DNA of 39,149 bases, from contig DAIDHG010000002.1 in assembly GCA_027452085.1 (NCBI GenBank), forward strand, positions 1-39,149, read 5' to 3'. Made by a program: the position numbers and the translations under genes. This stretch comes from a bacterium (GTDB taxonomy: Bacteria; Babelota; Babeliae; Babelales; JABCYS01). Under the pieces are notes generated by a model. That model searched no databases. It had not been told where the DNA came from and saw nothing but the letters and a program-made list of their open reading frames with translations. Of the stretch, positions 1 through 7,639 are shown piece after piece (position 1 is the first letter of the stretch; every line of letters begins with the position of its first letter).

Positions 1-22
1 GCAATGAAACCATTCCCTGATT

Positions 23-454
23 TTATTTCTTTAGCTGCCCGCGGGGCTCATACACCTGCGTTGCAGATTTCACTTTGATATCCTCTTGACGCACATTCCC
101 TTCGATAGGCCGTGTCAAAAATGTTTGCGGCTCTATCTTGTATGCACCTCGCGATATGACGATGCGTATATCAAGTTTGTTTCGGCCCCATGTTTTAAAC
201 TGATAGACAAAGGCAGCTTCGGGGTGATTCTCTTGAAACAAAATGAGTTGCGGATTAACAGGCACACGCATTTCCACCTCTGCTTTTGGTTTTATGGTGT
301 AGCTGGTCGTTATAATCGGCTTTTCTTGCTGCTCTGGGGCAATGACGAAGGAAAAGGTGTCGCTTGTTTTATTTAAAAATTTCATGGGAATTGTGCCAGC
401 GTTGCACTGCATGAATGCTAATGCGGCTGGCATAATGATCAATATTTTTTTCAT
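23..454 (-). CDS. Secreted hypothetical protein, member A of the NKT/LEPQT-domain paralog family
   Basis: 143-aa ORF with an N-terminal signal-like segment (MKKILIIMPAALAFMQCNA). Shares the motifs FLNKT, SYTIKP, RVP, IRIV and IEPQT (encoded at 122..133) with ORFs 1186..2091 and 13749..14696. I recognise no known family. Confidence 0.6.
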   Translation of the reverse strand: MKKILIIMPAALAFMQCNAGTIPMKFLNKTSDTFSFVIAPEQQEKPIITTSYTIKPKAEVEMRVPVNPQLILFQENHPEAAFVYQFKTWGRNKLDIRIVISRGAYKIEPQTFLTRPIEGNVRQEDIKVKSATQVYEPRGQLKK

Positions 455-494
455 GGTAGTGCCTTGAAATTGTTTTGTTACTCATCATAAAGAA

Positions 495-512
495 GGGCGG
501 CGCATGCCGCCC
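495..512 (-). terminator. Putative rho-independent terminator downstream of ORF 663..1103
   Basis: GC-rich hairpin gggcggc-gcat-gccgccc (7-bp stem, 4-nt loop). On the minus strand it is followed by TTCTTTAT. It lies about 150 nt after the stop, so the assignment is tentative. Confidence 0.4.
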
Positions 513-662
513 CTGGTTCAATCCGACCCGCTTATGTAGCGAGACCTCGATAATTTATGACTAAGTATCGTGCTTCTCAAGCTTGATCCAACAACCGTTC
601 GTCCTGAGCTTGTCGAAGGGCGATATAATTTTCGCATGTTGCGAAATACTGTATCTCGTGGT

Positions 663-1103
663 TTACTCGGTTTCTTCTTTAATCGTCACTTTGCCTGAGC
701 TATCTGAGCTTACAACCATACGGCCACCGCGTTTACGTTCGGTGTCGATCTCTTTTCGCACTACTTTGCCATTTTCACATACGTAATATCGAACTGTAAG
801 GCCATCATACAAATGCTCCATTGAATAAGATTCATTTGGCTGAAGCATGGTATAGGTGTGTTTAACCAGACCGCCGGCCTTGCTTACAGACTGTGCCGCT
901 TTGCCAAATATTGAGGATGCCTTCCAAGTGACCCAAATGTCACGATCAGTTTTATTGTCTACCTTAGTACGAATGCCGCGCACAACGCGTTTGCCCACTT
1001 CTTGCGCAAGCTCGCTTGAGCTTAATTCTGAGGCTGCCTTTTTAGCGCTGATCGTTGACGCGGTAATGGCAACGAGTGCCATGGTAATGAGTTGTTTCTT
1101 CAT
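663..1103 (-). CDS. Secreted hypothetical protein, possible distant member of the NKT-domain family
   Basis: 146-aa ORF with signal peptide MKKQLITMALVAITASTISA. It has VDNKTDRDIWVTW (compare FINKTNTDYKFII) and HTYTMLQPNESYSM (compare TSYTIKPKAEVEM), but no EPQT motif. Confidence 0.55.
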   Translation of the reverse strand: MKKQLITMALVAITASTISAKKAASELSSSELAQEVGKRVVRGIRTKVDNKTDRDIWVTWKASSIFGKAAQSVSKAGGLVKHTYTMLQPNESYSMEHLYDGLTVRYYVCENGKVVRKEIDTERKRGGRMVVSSDSSGKVTIKEETE

Positions 1104-1185
1104 CTACTTCCTTGTTGTTTAACGTTGTTGTTTTTACCCTTTGAGGATAGCTGATGTGTAAAGCTGAAAACAAGGGTTTTTTGCT

Positions 1186-2091
1186 TTACTTACACAGTTT
1201 TTCTTTAATTTCATGGTTTGTTGCATAATCGCAAGCAGTTTTATTGTTATCAAGTTGATTTTCAATCGCGGAGTCTGCGTGAGCTTGCAATAAAAGTTCC
1301 ACCGCAAATGGCTTGTTGAGTTGGGCGGCCCGCATTAAAGGGGTGAAGCCGTAGCCATCAACACTGTTTATATTGGCACCATGATCGATCAAGATGCCCA
1401 CGGTGCGAGCACCGGCATCCTGCTGGCCGCGCAGCGCATGATAAAATACTGAATGCCCTTGGGCATCTAATGAGTTTGGGTCAGCGCCATCCATGATAAG
1501 ATTTAATACGAGGTTTGGTTTGCCATATTTTGCCGCAAAAATGAGGGCATTATTTTTATTGTTTGGGTTAACCTGCGGCCGCGGCAACCGTGAAAAAAGA
1601 TCTTCAATGCCATGTATATCCTGAGCATCAAGATAGGTTAATAGCTCATAGTCATCAGATTCTGAGTGTGCAATAAGGTCGAGCAGGGGTCCTGATTTTA
1701 CTAAACTAATGTCATGAGCCGTTATATTTTCAGGTATTTTTCGCCAAAAATGAGTTTGCGGTTCTAAAATAGGGGGATGGTTTGGTGCAACCAACCGAAT
1801 TGCAGCTAATGATTGCTTGCCCGTCAATACCCTGAAAATATATCCCTGTGGCTTTGGCTTGTCTTCATACAAAAGAATTCTAAACATCGGAGCAGGAACC
1901 TGTAGAACCTGTCGGCTGTTTTTTGGCAACCTATAATGAGTTCCTACAAATCGGGGTGGCCGTTCGGGTGTGCCAATGATAAATTTGTAGTCGGTATTTG
2001 TTTTGTTGATGAAATCCAGTTTGGTTTCGTGAGGCTGAGCAATAATCGCCAACGGGAGTACCGTGAGCGCTCGCCATATATTTTTGTTCAT
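1186..2091 (-). CDS. Secreted ankyrin-repeat protein with an N-terminal NKT/LEPQT domain
   Basis: I prefer the start at ATG 2091 (MNKNIWRALTVLPLAIIAQP, preceded by aaaaaggatgcaga) over the track start at 2142. The N-terminal roughly 110 aa are paralogous to ORF 23..454, with ILEPQT encoded at 1753..1764. The C-terminal half has about 3 ANK repeats (NALIFAAKYGKPNLVLNLIMDGADPN; GHSVFYHAL...ILIDHGANIN; GFTPLMRAAQLNKPFAVELLLQAHAD). Confidence 0.8.
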   Translation of the reverse strand: MNKNIWRALTVLPLAIIAQPHETKLDFINKTNTDYKFIIGTPERPPRFVGTHYRLPKNSRQVLQVPAPMFRILLYEDKPKPQGYIFRVLTGKQSLAAIRLVAPNHPPILEPQTHFWRKIPENITAHDISLVKSGPLLDLIAHSESDDYELLTYLDAQDIHGIEDLFSRLPRPQVNPNNKNNALIFAAKYGKPNLVLNLIMDGADPNSLDAQGHSVFYHALRGQQDAGARTVGILIDHGANINSVDGYGFTPLMRAAQLNKPFAVELLLQAHADSAIENQLDNNKTACDYATNHEIKEKLCK

Positions 2092-2196
2092 TCTGCATCC
2101 TTTTTTAGCACTCTTGGTTAAGATACCCAAAGTAGAGTTCAAAAAACTAGAGTTTTTGGCATACTGATCGCCTATTCAACTCATAAAGGAAATATT

Positions 2197-2805
2197 ATGG
2201 CAAACAATGGCAAAATTAGCTTGGAACTTATCCAACAACTGCGTGAACGCACTGGCCTTGGCATGCTAGATTGCCGAAAGGCATTGGAAGAAACTGCTGG
2301 CGACGTAGAACAGGCGATTGAAAATCTGCGCAAAAAGGGCGCGGCTAAAGCAGCAAAACGTGCCGGAAATGTGGCAGCTGAAGGCCTGGTGCATGCCTAT
2401 ATTCACCCAGGTTCTCGCATTGGGGTGTTGGTAGAAATCAACTGCGAAACAGATTTTGTGGCCCGCACGGAGGACATTCGTCAATTTGCCCAAGATTTGT
2501 GCCTGCACATTACGGCAATGAAGCCAATGTATATTGAGCCAGCAGACGTTGATGAAAAATTCATCGTGCATGAGCGTGAAATTTTTAAAGCCCAACTTGC
2601 AGACTCTGGAAAGCCAGAAAAAATCATTGATCAAATCGTGAACGGTAAGATCGAAAAAATGTATGACGAAGTTTGCTTGAGCCGTCAGCCATTTGTTAAA
2701 AATGATCAGATGACGGTAAATGATGTGCTCGATGGCTTGAAGATGAAGATGGGTGAGAAGATCATCATTAAGCGTTTTGCCCGTTATGAAATCGGCGTTT
2801 ACTAG
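2197..2805 (+). CDS. tsf: Translation elongation factor Ts (short form)
   Basis: Contains the N-terminal UBA-like segment LIQQLRERTGLGMLDCRKALEETAGDVEQAIENLRKKG and the core VLVEINCETDFVART. An RBS (aaaggaaatatt) lies upstream. Confidence 0.95.
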   Translation: MANNGKISLELIQQLRERTGLGMLDCRKALEETAGDVEQAIENLRKKGAAKAAKRAGNVAAEGLVHAYIHPGSRIGVLVEINCETDFVARTEDIRQFAQDLCLHITAMKPMYIEPADVDEKFIVHEREIFKAQLADSGKPEKIIDQIVNGKIEKMYDEVCLSRQPFVKNDQMTVNDVLDGLKMKMGEKIIIKRFARYEIGVY

Positions 2806-2845
2806 CTACGAGTTAAAATAACAACGTTTTTGTGGGATTAAATTC

Positions 2846-3433
2846 ATGCTAACTCTCAATCTAAAGAACATGTACACCAACGACTTTGAGAAGTTGGTTG
2901 AAAAAGAGATGGATGCACCCATTAAGCATTTTGAGCGTGAGCTGGTTACTATTAGAACCGGCCGTGCCCACCCAGCTTTGGTAGAAGATATCAAGGTTAT
3001 CGTGTATGGTGGCACGCAAATGGCAATCCGCGAGCTTGCTTCAATCACAACACCTGAAGCACGCGTGCTCTTCATCCAACCATGGGATAAATCAATTATA
3101 GCTGATATTGAAAAGGCGATCATGGCATCATCGGTTGGGCTTACGCCAGCAAATGATGGCAATGTTATTCGCATTACTTTGCCTGAGATTAGTAGCCAGC
3201 GTCGCGAAGAACTTATCAAGGTTTTGGGCAAAAAACTTGAAGAAACACGTGAGCGTATCCGTGATGTGCGCGCTACTTTCAGAACTGCCGCTAAAGAAGC
3301 TGAGCGGAAAAAGGAAATCGAGGAAGATTTCTCTCTACGCTTGCAAGATTTGTTGCAAAAGATTCATGATAAATTTATCGCGCTCGCTCAGCAGATGAGT
3401 GATAAGAAAGAAAAAGAGATTAGGTCGGTTTAA
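2846..3433 (+). CDS. frr: Ribosome recycling factor
   Basis: 195 aa. LVTIRTGRAHPALVEDIKV, FIQPWDKS and GLTPANDGNVIRITLPEISSQRREEL are typical RRF blocks. Confidence 0.95.
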   Translation: MLTLNLKNMYTNDFEKLVEKEMDAPIKHFERELVTIRTGRAHPALVEDIKVIVYGGTQMAIRELASITTPEARVLFIQPWDKSIIADIEKAIMASSVGLTPANDGNVIRITLPEISSQRREELIKVLGKKLEETRERIRDVRATFRTAAKEAERKKEIEEDFSLRLQDLLQKIHDKFIALAQQMSDKKEKEIRSV

Positions 3434-3512
3434 AGGGCTTGCGCTAGCAAAGTTTACCGAACGATGCTAGAATGCCCATTATTGAATTTGACTTAATCGT
3501 CTCTGAAATTTT

Positions 3513-3588
3513 GAGCCGCTAGCTCAATCGGTAGAGCAACAGACTCTTAATCTGTGGGTTGTTGGTTCGATTCCAACGCGGCTCACCA
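3513..3588 (+). tRNA. tRNA-Lys (anticodon CUU), CCA encoded
   Basis: Hand-folded cloverleaf. Acceptor gagccgc/gcggctc, D-arm gctc..gagc, anticodon stem acaga/tctgt with loop cTCTTAa, T-arm gttgg-ttcgatt-ccaac, discriminator A, then CCA. Confidence 0.9.
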
Positions 3589-3643
3589 CTAGAGCTCGCC
3601 ATGGGGCGATAAGCTGAATGGGCAGTGGTTTTTGAAAATATTT

Positions 3644-3728
3644 GCACGAGTGGCGAAATCGGCAGACGCACTGGATTTAGGTTCCAGCGCCGCAAGGCAT
3701 GGGGGTTCAAGTCCCTCCTCGTGCACCA
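3644..3728 (+). tRNA. tRNA-Leu (anticodon UAG), class II with long variable arm, CCA encoded
   Basis: Acceptor gcacgag/ctcgtgc, anticodon stem ctgga/tccag with loop ttTAGgt, long variable arm cgccgcaaggcat, T-loop ttcaagt, then A-CCA. Confidence 0.9.
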
Positions 3729-3826
3729 AAATGGTGGTTTAAAAAAAGGAAATCTCCGCTTAACAATGACCTTGATGGGTGTTGCCAAGGTTGATCGTAA
3801 GCGGCAAAAAAAAGAGAGGGTGAGTA

Positions 3827-5173
3827 ATGGATTCTAAGAATTTCGAATTCAACGAACTTCCAGCACAAGAGCAGCCAAGTTCTTTGCGTTTGCAAATTGA
3901 GCAGGCGCATCCACAATTGCTAACGGCTATCATGCATGTGCCGCATGGCATCATTAACCAGCTATATAACGAAGCTTCCGTTGTTCAAAAACGGCAATCC
4001 CATATCTTTGGATTTGCCCGGGGGCATACCCCACTTGGCTATGTTACCGAAGCATTTCGTTCGCACTTAGTTCAACATTTGCATGAGCTTTTGCTCAAAC
4101 ACGTGGTGCTCGATAACTTGTATCAGCAACTTCGTAGCCAGCGCATTGTTGTCAGCGGTGACCCACGGCTTTCTTCGTACGATATCTCCCTTTCATCAGA
4201 ATCTGCGCCTGGCGCCCGCTTTACCTTTGAATGTACGTTAACTGATAACTTTGCATTGCATGGATGGAAATATTTTCCATTTAAAGCGCCAAAACGAAAA
4301 AATTATCGCGATCTTGATCGTGCTGTCGAGCTCTTTATAAAGGGAGTTGAGGATGAGCAGAAGGAGCAAATCCCATCGCAGGCTCAGGTCAATGACTGGG
4401 TTAAGTTTGAACTGTGCATCGTTTCACAGGTGACGAAAGAGCAGATAAGCTCTTGGCAGCCATACTGGATTGTGATTGGCGGCGAAGAAATTGATACGCC
4501 GTTTCGCGAACTCTTTGAAGGCCGAGCCGTAGGTGAGCAATGGTACACAGATTCGCCGGTATTGCAGGAGTTTTTAAGCTCAAAGATGGATACAAATTAT
4601 TTGTTCCAGGTGCGCATTGCTGATTTAGCGCCACATTCACACTTTTCTCTTGAAGATTTTAAAACGCAATTTAGGTTGCGTACGCACAAAGATCTGCATA
4701 AAAAATTGATCGAGGTGTTTTCTTTGCGTAATGACCTCACCCAACGCAGAGAAACTATTGATGCTGTCTTTAAACTGTTGCTCACCAAAAATCCGGTCAC
4801 GCCACCATCGCACATTGTGTTGCGTCGGCAGGAATCACTCTTGATGCACGTGCAAGAAAATCCTGATTATCAAGTGTATCGCATGCAGCGTGGCTTTGAA
4901 AAAAACATCGAAGAACTGGCTGAAAAGCAAGTGAAAGAGCTGATGATTATCGATTATTTAGCCGCTCGAGAAAATATCACGGCATCATCCCAAGATGTGA
5001 GGCAATATCTAAACTTACTCAAGCGTGCTCGTACAAAAGAGTTTGTTTATTTTGATCTTCCCACAACGCGCATATTTGGGCAAGAAATGCCAATTTCTGA
5101 TGAATTGCTCAAGCGGTATTGTATTCGCGAAAAAACATTGAACTATGTGATCCATCATCTGACGAGAAATTGA
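3827..5173 (+). CDS. tig: Trigger factor-like chaperone (divergent)
   Basis: 448 aa. The N-terminal FGFARGHTPLGYV matches the GFRxGxxP ribosome-binding signature. The central segment (IVIGGEEIDTPFRELFEGRAVGEQW) resembles a degenerate FKBP domain. Size and architecture fit TF, and the RBS gagggtgag is present. The sequence is divergent, so this is an inference. Confidence 0.6.
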   Translation: MDSKNFEFNELPAQEQPSSLRLQIEQAHPQLLTAIMHVPHGIINQLYNEASVVQKRQSHIFGFARGHTPLGYVTEAFRSHLVQHLHELLLKHVVLDNLYQQLRSQRIVVSGDPRLSSYDISLSSESAPGARFTFECTLTDNFALHGWKYFPFKAPKRKNYRDLDRAVELFIKGVEDEQKEQIPSQAQVNDWVKFELCIVSQVTKEQISSWQPYWIVIGGEEIDTPFRELFEGRAVGEQWYTDSPVLQEFLSSKMDTNYLFQVRIADLAPHSHFSLEDFKTQFRLRTHKDLHKKLIEVFSLRNDLTQRRETIDAVFKLLLTKNPVTPPSHIVLRRQESLLMHVQENPDYQVYRMQRGFEKNIEELAEKQVKELMIIDYLAARENITASSQDVRQYLNLLKRARTKEFVYFDLPTTRIFGQEMPISDELLKRYCIREKTLNYVIHHLTRN

Positions 5174-5174
5174 G

Positions 5175-6131
5175 ATGCATAAGCTCATTATCATCGGTTC
5201 TGGCCCCGCTGGGTTGACTGCAGCCATATATTCCGGTCGAGCAAACCTTCAGCCGCTTGTTATTGAAGGGCGTGCGCCTGGAGGCCAGCTGATGGGCACC
5301 ACCTTGGTAGAAAATTGGCCTGGTGATAAACGTATCATGGGCCCCCAGTTAATGAGTGAAATGCGCGCGCATGCCGTGGCGTGCGGTGCTCAGTTTGTGA
5401 GCGATGAAGTAGTTGAGATTGTGCCACTCCCCTCGGCCCATAATGGCTGCTCAATGTTTAATATAAAAACGAGCTCATCAGGTGATTTTGAGGCGCATGC
5501 TCTTATCGTAGCCTCAGGTGCCTCACCTAAAAAACTGCATGTGCCTGGCGAGGATACCTATTGGGGCAAAGGAGTGACCACCTGTGCCGTATGCGATGGT
5601 GCCTTGTTTGCTAATAAGCCAGTAGTAGTGGTTGGCGGTGGCGATACGGCCATGGAAGATGCCCTATTTTTGACCAAATACACCGATGATATAACGATTA
5701 TACAGCTTTTTGATAAGCTCACCGCCTCCTATGCCATGCAACAGCCGGTCCTTGCCAATACGAAGATAAAGATTCTGTATCATCAAGCGGTGAAAGAGAT
5801 CATTGGGGAGTCTGGCCATGCGCGCCAACTTGTGGTCACGGATCAGAGAAATGGCGAGCAAACCACCGTGGAAGCTGAAGGCATTTTTATTGCTATTGGC
5901 CAGGTCCCGAATACCAAATTTCTCAAGGGGCTGATCAATCTTGATGAGTATGGGTATGTGCGTCTGCATGAAGCAAAATCGGATAGGTTTAGCATGCTGA
6001 CTGCTACCTCAGTGCCTGGCATATTTGCGGCTGGCGATGTGGCCGATCAGCGTTACCGGCAAGCGATCAGTTCAGCAGGCAGTGGCTGTATGGCAGCGCT
6101 GGACGTTGAGCGTTATCTGAAAAAATATTGA
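5175..6131 (+). CDS. trxB: Thioredoxin-disulfide reductase (low-Mr type)
   Basis: Contains IIIGSGPAGLTAAIY (FAD GxGxxG), the CAVC redox pair (5583..5594), VVVVGGGDTAMEDALFL, GIFAAGDV and YRQAISSAGSGCMAALD. It starts 1 nt after the tig stop. Confidence 0.9.
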   Translation: MHKLIIIGSGPAGLTAAIYSGRANLQPLVIEGRAPGGQLMGTTLVENWPGDKRIMGPQLMSEMRAHAVACGAQFVSDEVVEIVPLPSAHNGCSMFNIKTSSSGDFEAHALIVASGASPKKLHVPGEDTYWGKGVTTCAVCDGALFANKPVVVVGGGDTAMEDALFLTKYTDDITIIQLFDKLTASYAMQQPVLANTKIKILYHQAVKEIIGESGHARQLVVTDQRNGEQTTVEAEGIFIAIGQVPNTKFLKGLINLDEYGYVRLHEAKSDRFSMLTATSVPGIFAAGDVADQRYRQAISSAGSGCMAALDVERYLKKY

Positions 6132-6159
6132 TTCGGCCTGCATTGGCCAAAAGAGCTAT

Positions 6160-6188
6160 TTGAAAAATTACTCATTTTTGCGTATATT
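6160..6188 (+). promoter_or_regulatory. Sigma70-like promoter candidate for rpmH
   Basis: TTGAAA, a 17-nt spacer, then TATATT, about 54 nt upstream of the rpmH ATG. This is a sequence match only. Confidence 0.45.
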
Positions 6189-6241
6189 CTGAGCACTAAT
6201 TTCTCGTAAAAAATACTCGTCTTAATATTTCAGGATAGAAG

Positions 6242-6397
6242 ATGTCAGTTACTTTCAAGCTAAAACGTAAGAAACGCAATAAGAAACATGGCTTTCGCAT
6301 GCGCATGAAATCCAAGGATGGCCGCACCATTATTAACCGCCGCCGTTCTAAGAGCAGAAAGCGTCTAGCGGTTCGCGCACGAAAATCGAAAACATAA
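6242..6397 (+). CDS. rpmH: 50S ribosomal protein L34
   Basis: 51-aa ORF absent from the supplied track because it is under 60 aa: MSVTFKLKRKKRNKKHGFRMRMKSKDGRTIINRRRSKSRKRLAVRARKSKT. It matches the L34 pattern (KR..SHGFR.RM.T..GR.v...RR.KGRKRL). The RBS agga lies in caggatagaag. Confidence 0.85.
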   Translation: MSVTFKLKRKKRNKKHGFRMRMKSKDGRTIINRRRSKSRKRLAVRARKSKT

Positions 6398-6463
6398 GAT
6401 TGCTACTGTTGAGCCATCAATAGTAATCAGGCAGTCTTCAGCATATAATTAATTGAATTATTA

Positions 6464-6494
6464 GAGCGCCCGGCTAAGATAGGTTGTGGCGCTC
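6464..6494 (+). terminator. Possible terminator/attenuator hairpin between rpmH and tolQ
   Basis: gagcgcc / 17-nt loop / ggcgctc, followed by GTTTAATGTT. The loop is long and the T-tract weak. Confidence 0.3.
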
Positions 6495-6520
6495 GTTTAA
6501 TGTTAAAAAGGGTGAATCCT

Positions 6521-7222
6521 ATGTTTGGTAATGCGTTATGGCAGCTCGTGATGTCTGCCGATACCATCAGTAAGTTGGTATTGTTTGTATTGCTCGTAAT
6601 GTCGGTTGTGTGTTGGACAATCTTTTTCTATAAATTCATTCTACTTCGGCTCAAGAAGCAGCAGGTGCGCGATGCCTTACATAAAGTTCGATCGGCCCAT
6701 ACGCTGCCTGATCTGGTTAACTACGCAAATGCCACCTCAAAAACCTTGCCCGGGTATTTTTTAACCCAAAATTTAGCACTCTTGCGACGCGTGCTTGAAA
6801 AGCATACCGGCCCAGCGGGCGAGACACCGGCGCAGATAGGTAAATCATTAACGCAACGTGACTGGGACACCTTAGAGCTTGGTATCCAACATTCATTTGG
6901 CGATATCATGTTTCAAGAAGAATCATATCTTTCAGTCCTCTTTATATCTTCTGGTGTGGCCACCTTAGTAGGTCTATTCGGTACGGTTTGGGGGCTGATC
7001 CATGCATTTACGCGCATTGCTGAAAAGCAATCAGCAGATATTGCCACCGTCGCACCGGGGATTGCTGAAGCATTGATTACCACTATGGCTGGTTTGATCG
7101 TAGCAATTCCTGCTTACGTGATGTATCACTACTTGGTCGCAGAAAATAGACGTCTTGAACACGAGTTTTCTCAGCTCGCTGAGCGGTATGAATTAATCAT
7201 CAAACGTCTCGTGGCTTCATAA
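6521..7222 (+). CDS. tolQ: Tol-Pal system protein TolQ (MotA/TolQ/ExbB proton channel)
   Basis: Three TM segments. GTVWGLIHAF and TVAPGIAEALITTMAGLIVAIP are the family signature. I prefer the start at ATG 6521 (RBS aagggtga); the track start at 6500 is also possible. Confidence 0.85.
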   Translation: MFGNALWQLVMSADTISKLVLFVLLVMSVVCWTIFFYKFILLRLKKQQVRDALHKVRSAHTLPDLVNYANATSKTLPGYFLTQNLALLRRVLEKHTGPAGETPAQIGKSLTQRDWDTLELGIQHSFGDIMFQEESYLSVLFISSGVATLVGLFGTVWGLIHAFTRIAEKQSADIATVAPGIAEALITTMAGLIVAIPAYVMYHYLVAENRRLEHEFSQLAERYELIIKRLVAS

Positions 7223-7234
7223 TTGAGGTTTGCC

Positions 7235-7639
7235 ATGCAACTGAAAAGAAGATCGCGCACCGAACACCAGCCGGAAGTAAACGTTATTCCATTAATCGAT
7301 GTATCACTGATGCTGCTGTTGGTATTCATGGTGACCACGCCAATGCTTCATCATGGCATAAAGGTTGAGCTGCCAAAAGGTAAGGCGCAAGAAACAAGAT
7401 CATTGGAAGAGGATTTGGTGGTGCATATCGATAAAAATAATAATCTTTTCCTCTCTGGCCAACCAACGACATCTACAAAGCTCGAGTCTCAGTTGAAGTC
7501 TACCGTGAAAAAAGATCAAACCGTTTTTGTTAAAGCAGATCGTGGCATTTCATACGGCACAGTCATTGAGCTCGTTGACCGCATCAAGCAGATTGAGGGC
7601 ATCAAATATGTTGCACTTGCCACTGAGCGGAAAGCATAA
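7235..7639 (+). CDS. tolR: Tol-Pal system protein TolR (ExbD/TolR family)
   Basis: EVNVIPLIDVSLMLLLVFMV (the conserved Asp-containing TM) followed by a periplasmic domain, VFVKADRGISYGTVIELVDRIKQ. ATG 7235 is preceded by gagg; the track uses TTG 7223. Confidence 0.85.
   Translation: MQLKRRSRTEHQPEVNVIPLIDVSLMLLLVFMVTTPMLHHGIKVELPKGKAQETRSLEEDLVVHIDKNNNLFLSGQPTTSTKLESQLKSTVKKDQTVFVKADRGISYGTVIELVDRIKQIEGIKYVALATERKA

Noticed and set aside
2197-3433. tsf directly followed by frr with no pyrH between them
   Set aside because: This is real, but gene order rpsB-tsf-pyrH-frr is not universal. Absence from this spot says nothing about absence from the genome, so it is not diagnostic by itself.
3519-3954. 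Several 60-90-aa ORFs on both strands overlapping the two tRNA genes and the tig 5' end
   Set aside because: They overlap clean cloverleaf tRNAs or the trigger-factor start and have no RBS. They are typical spurious ORFs.
7527-7607. 5' extension of the tolA ORF into tolR
   Set aside because: The extension is read from an alternative frame of the well-supported tolR coding sequence. The first ATG that places the TM anchor near the N-terminus is 7608.
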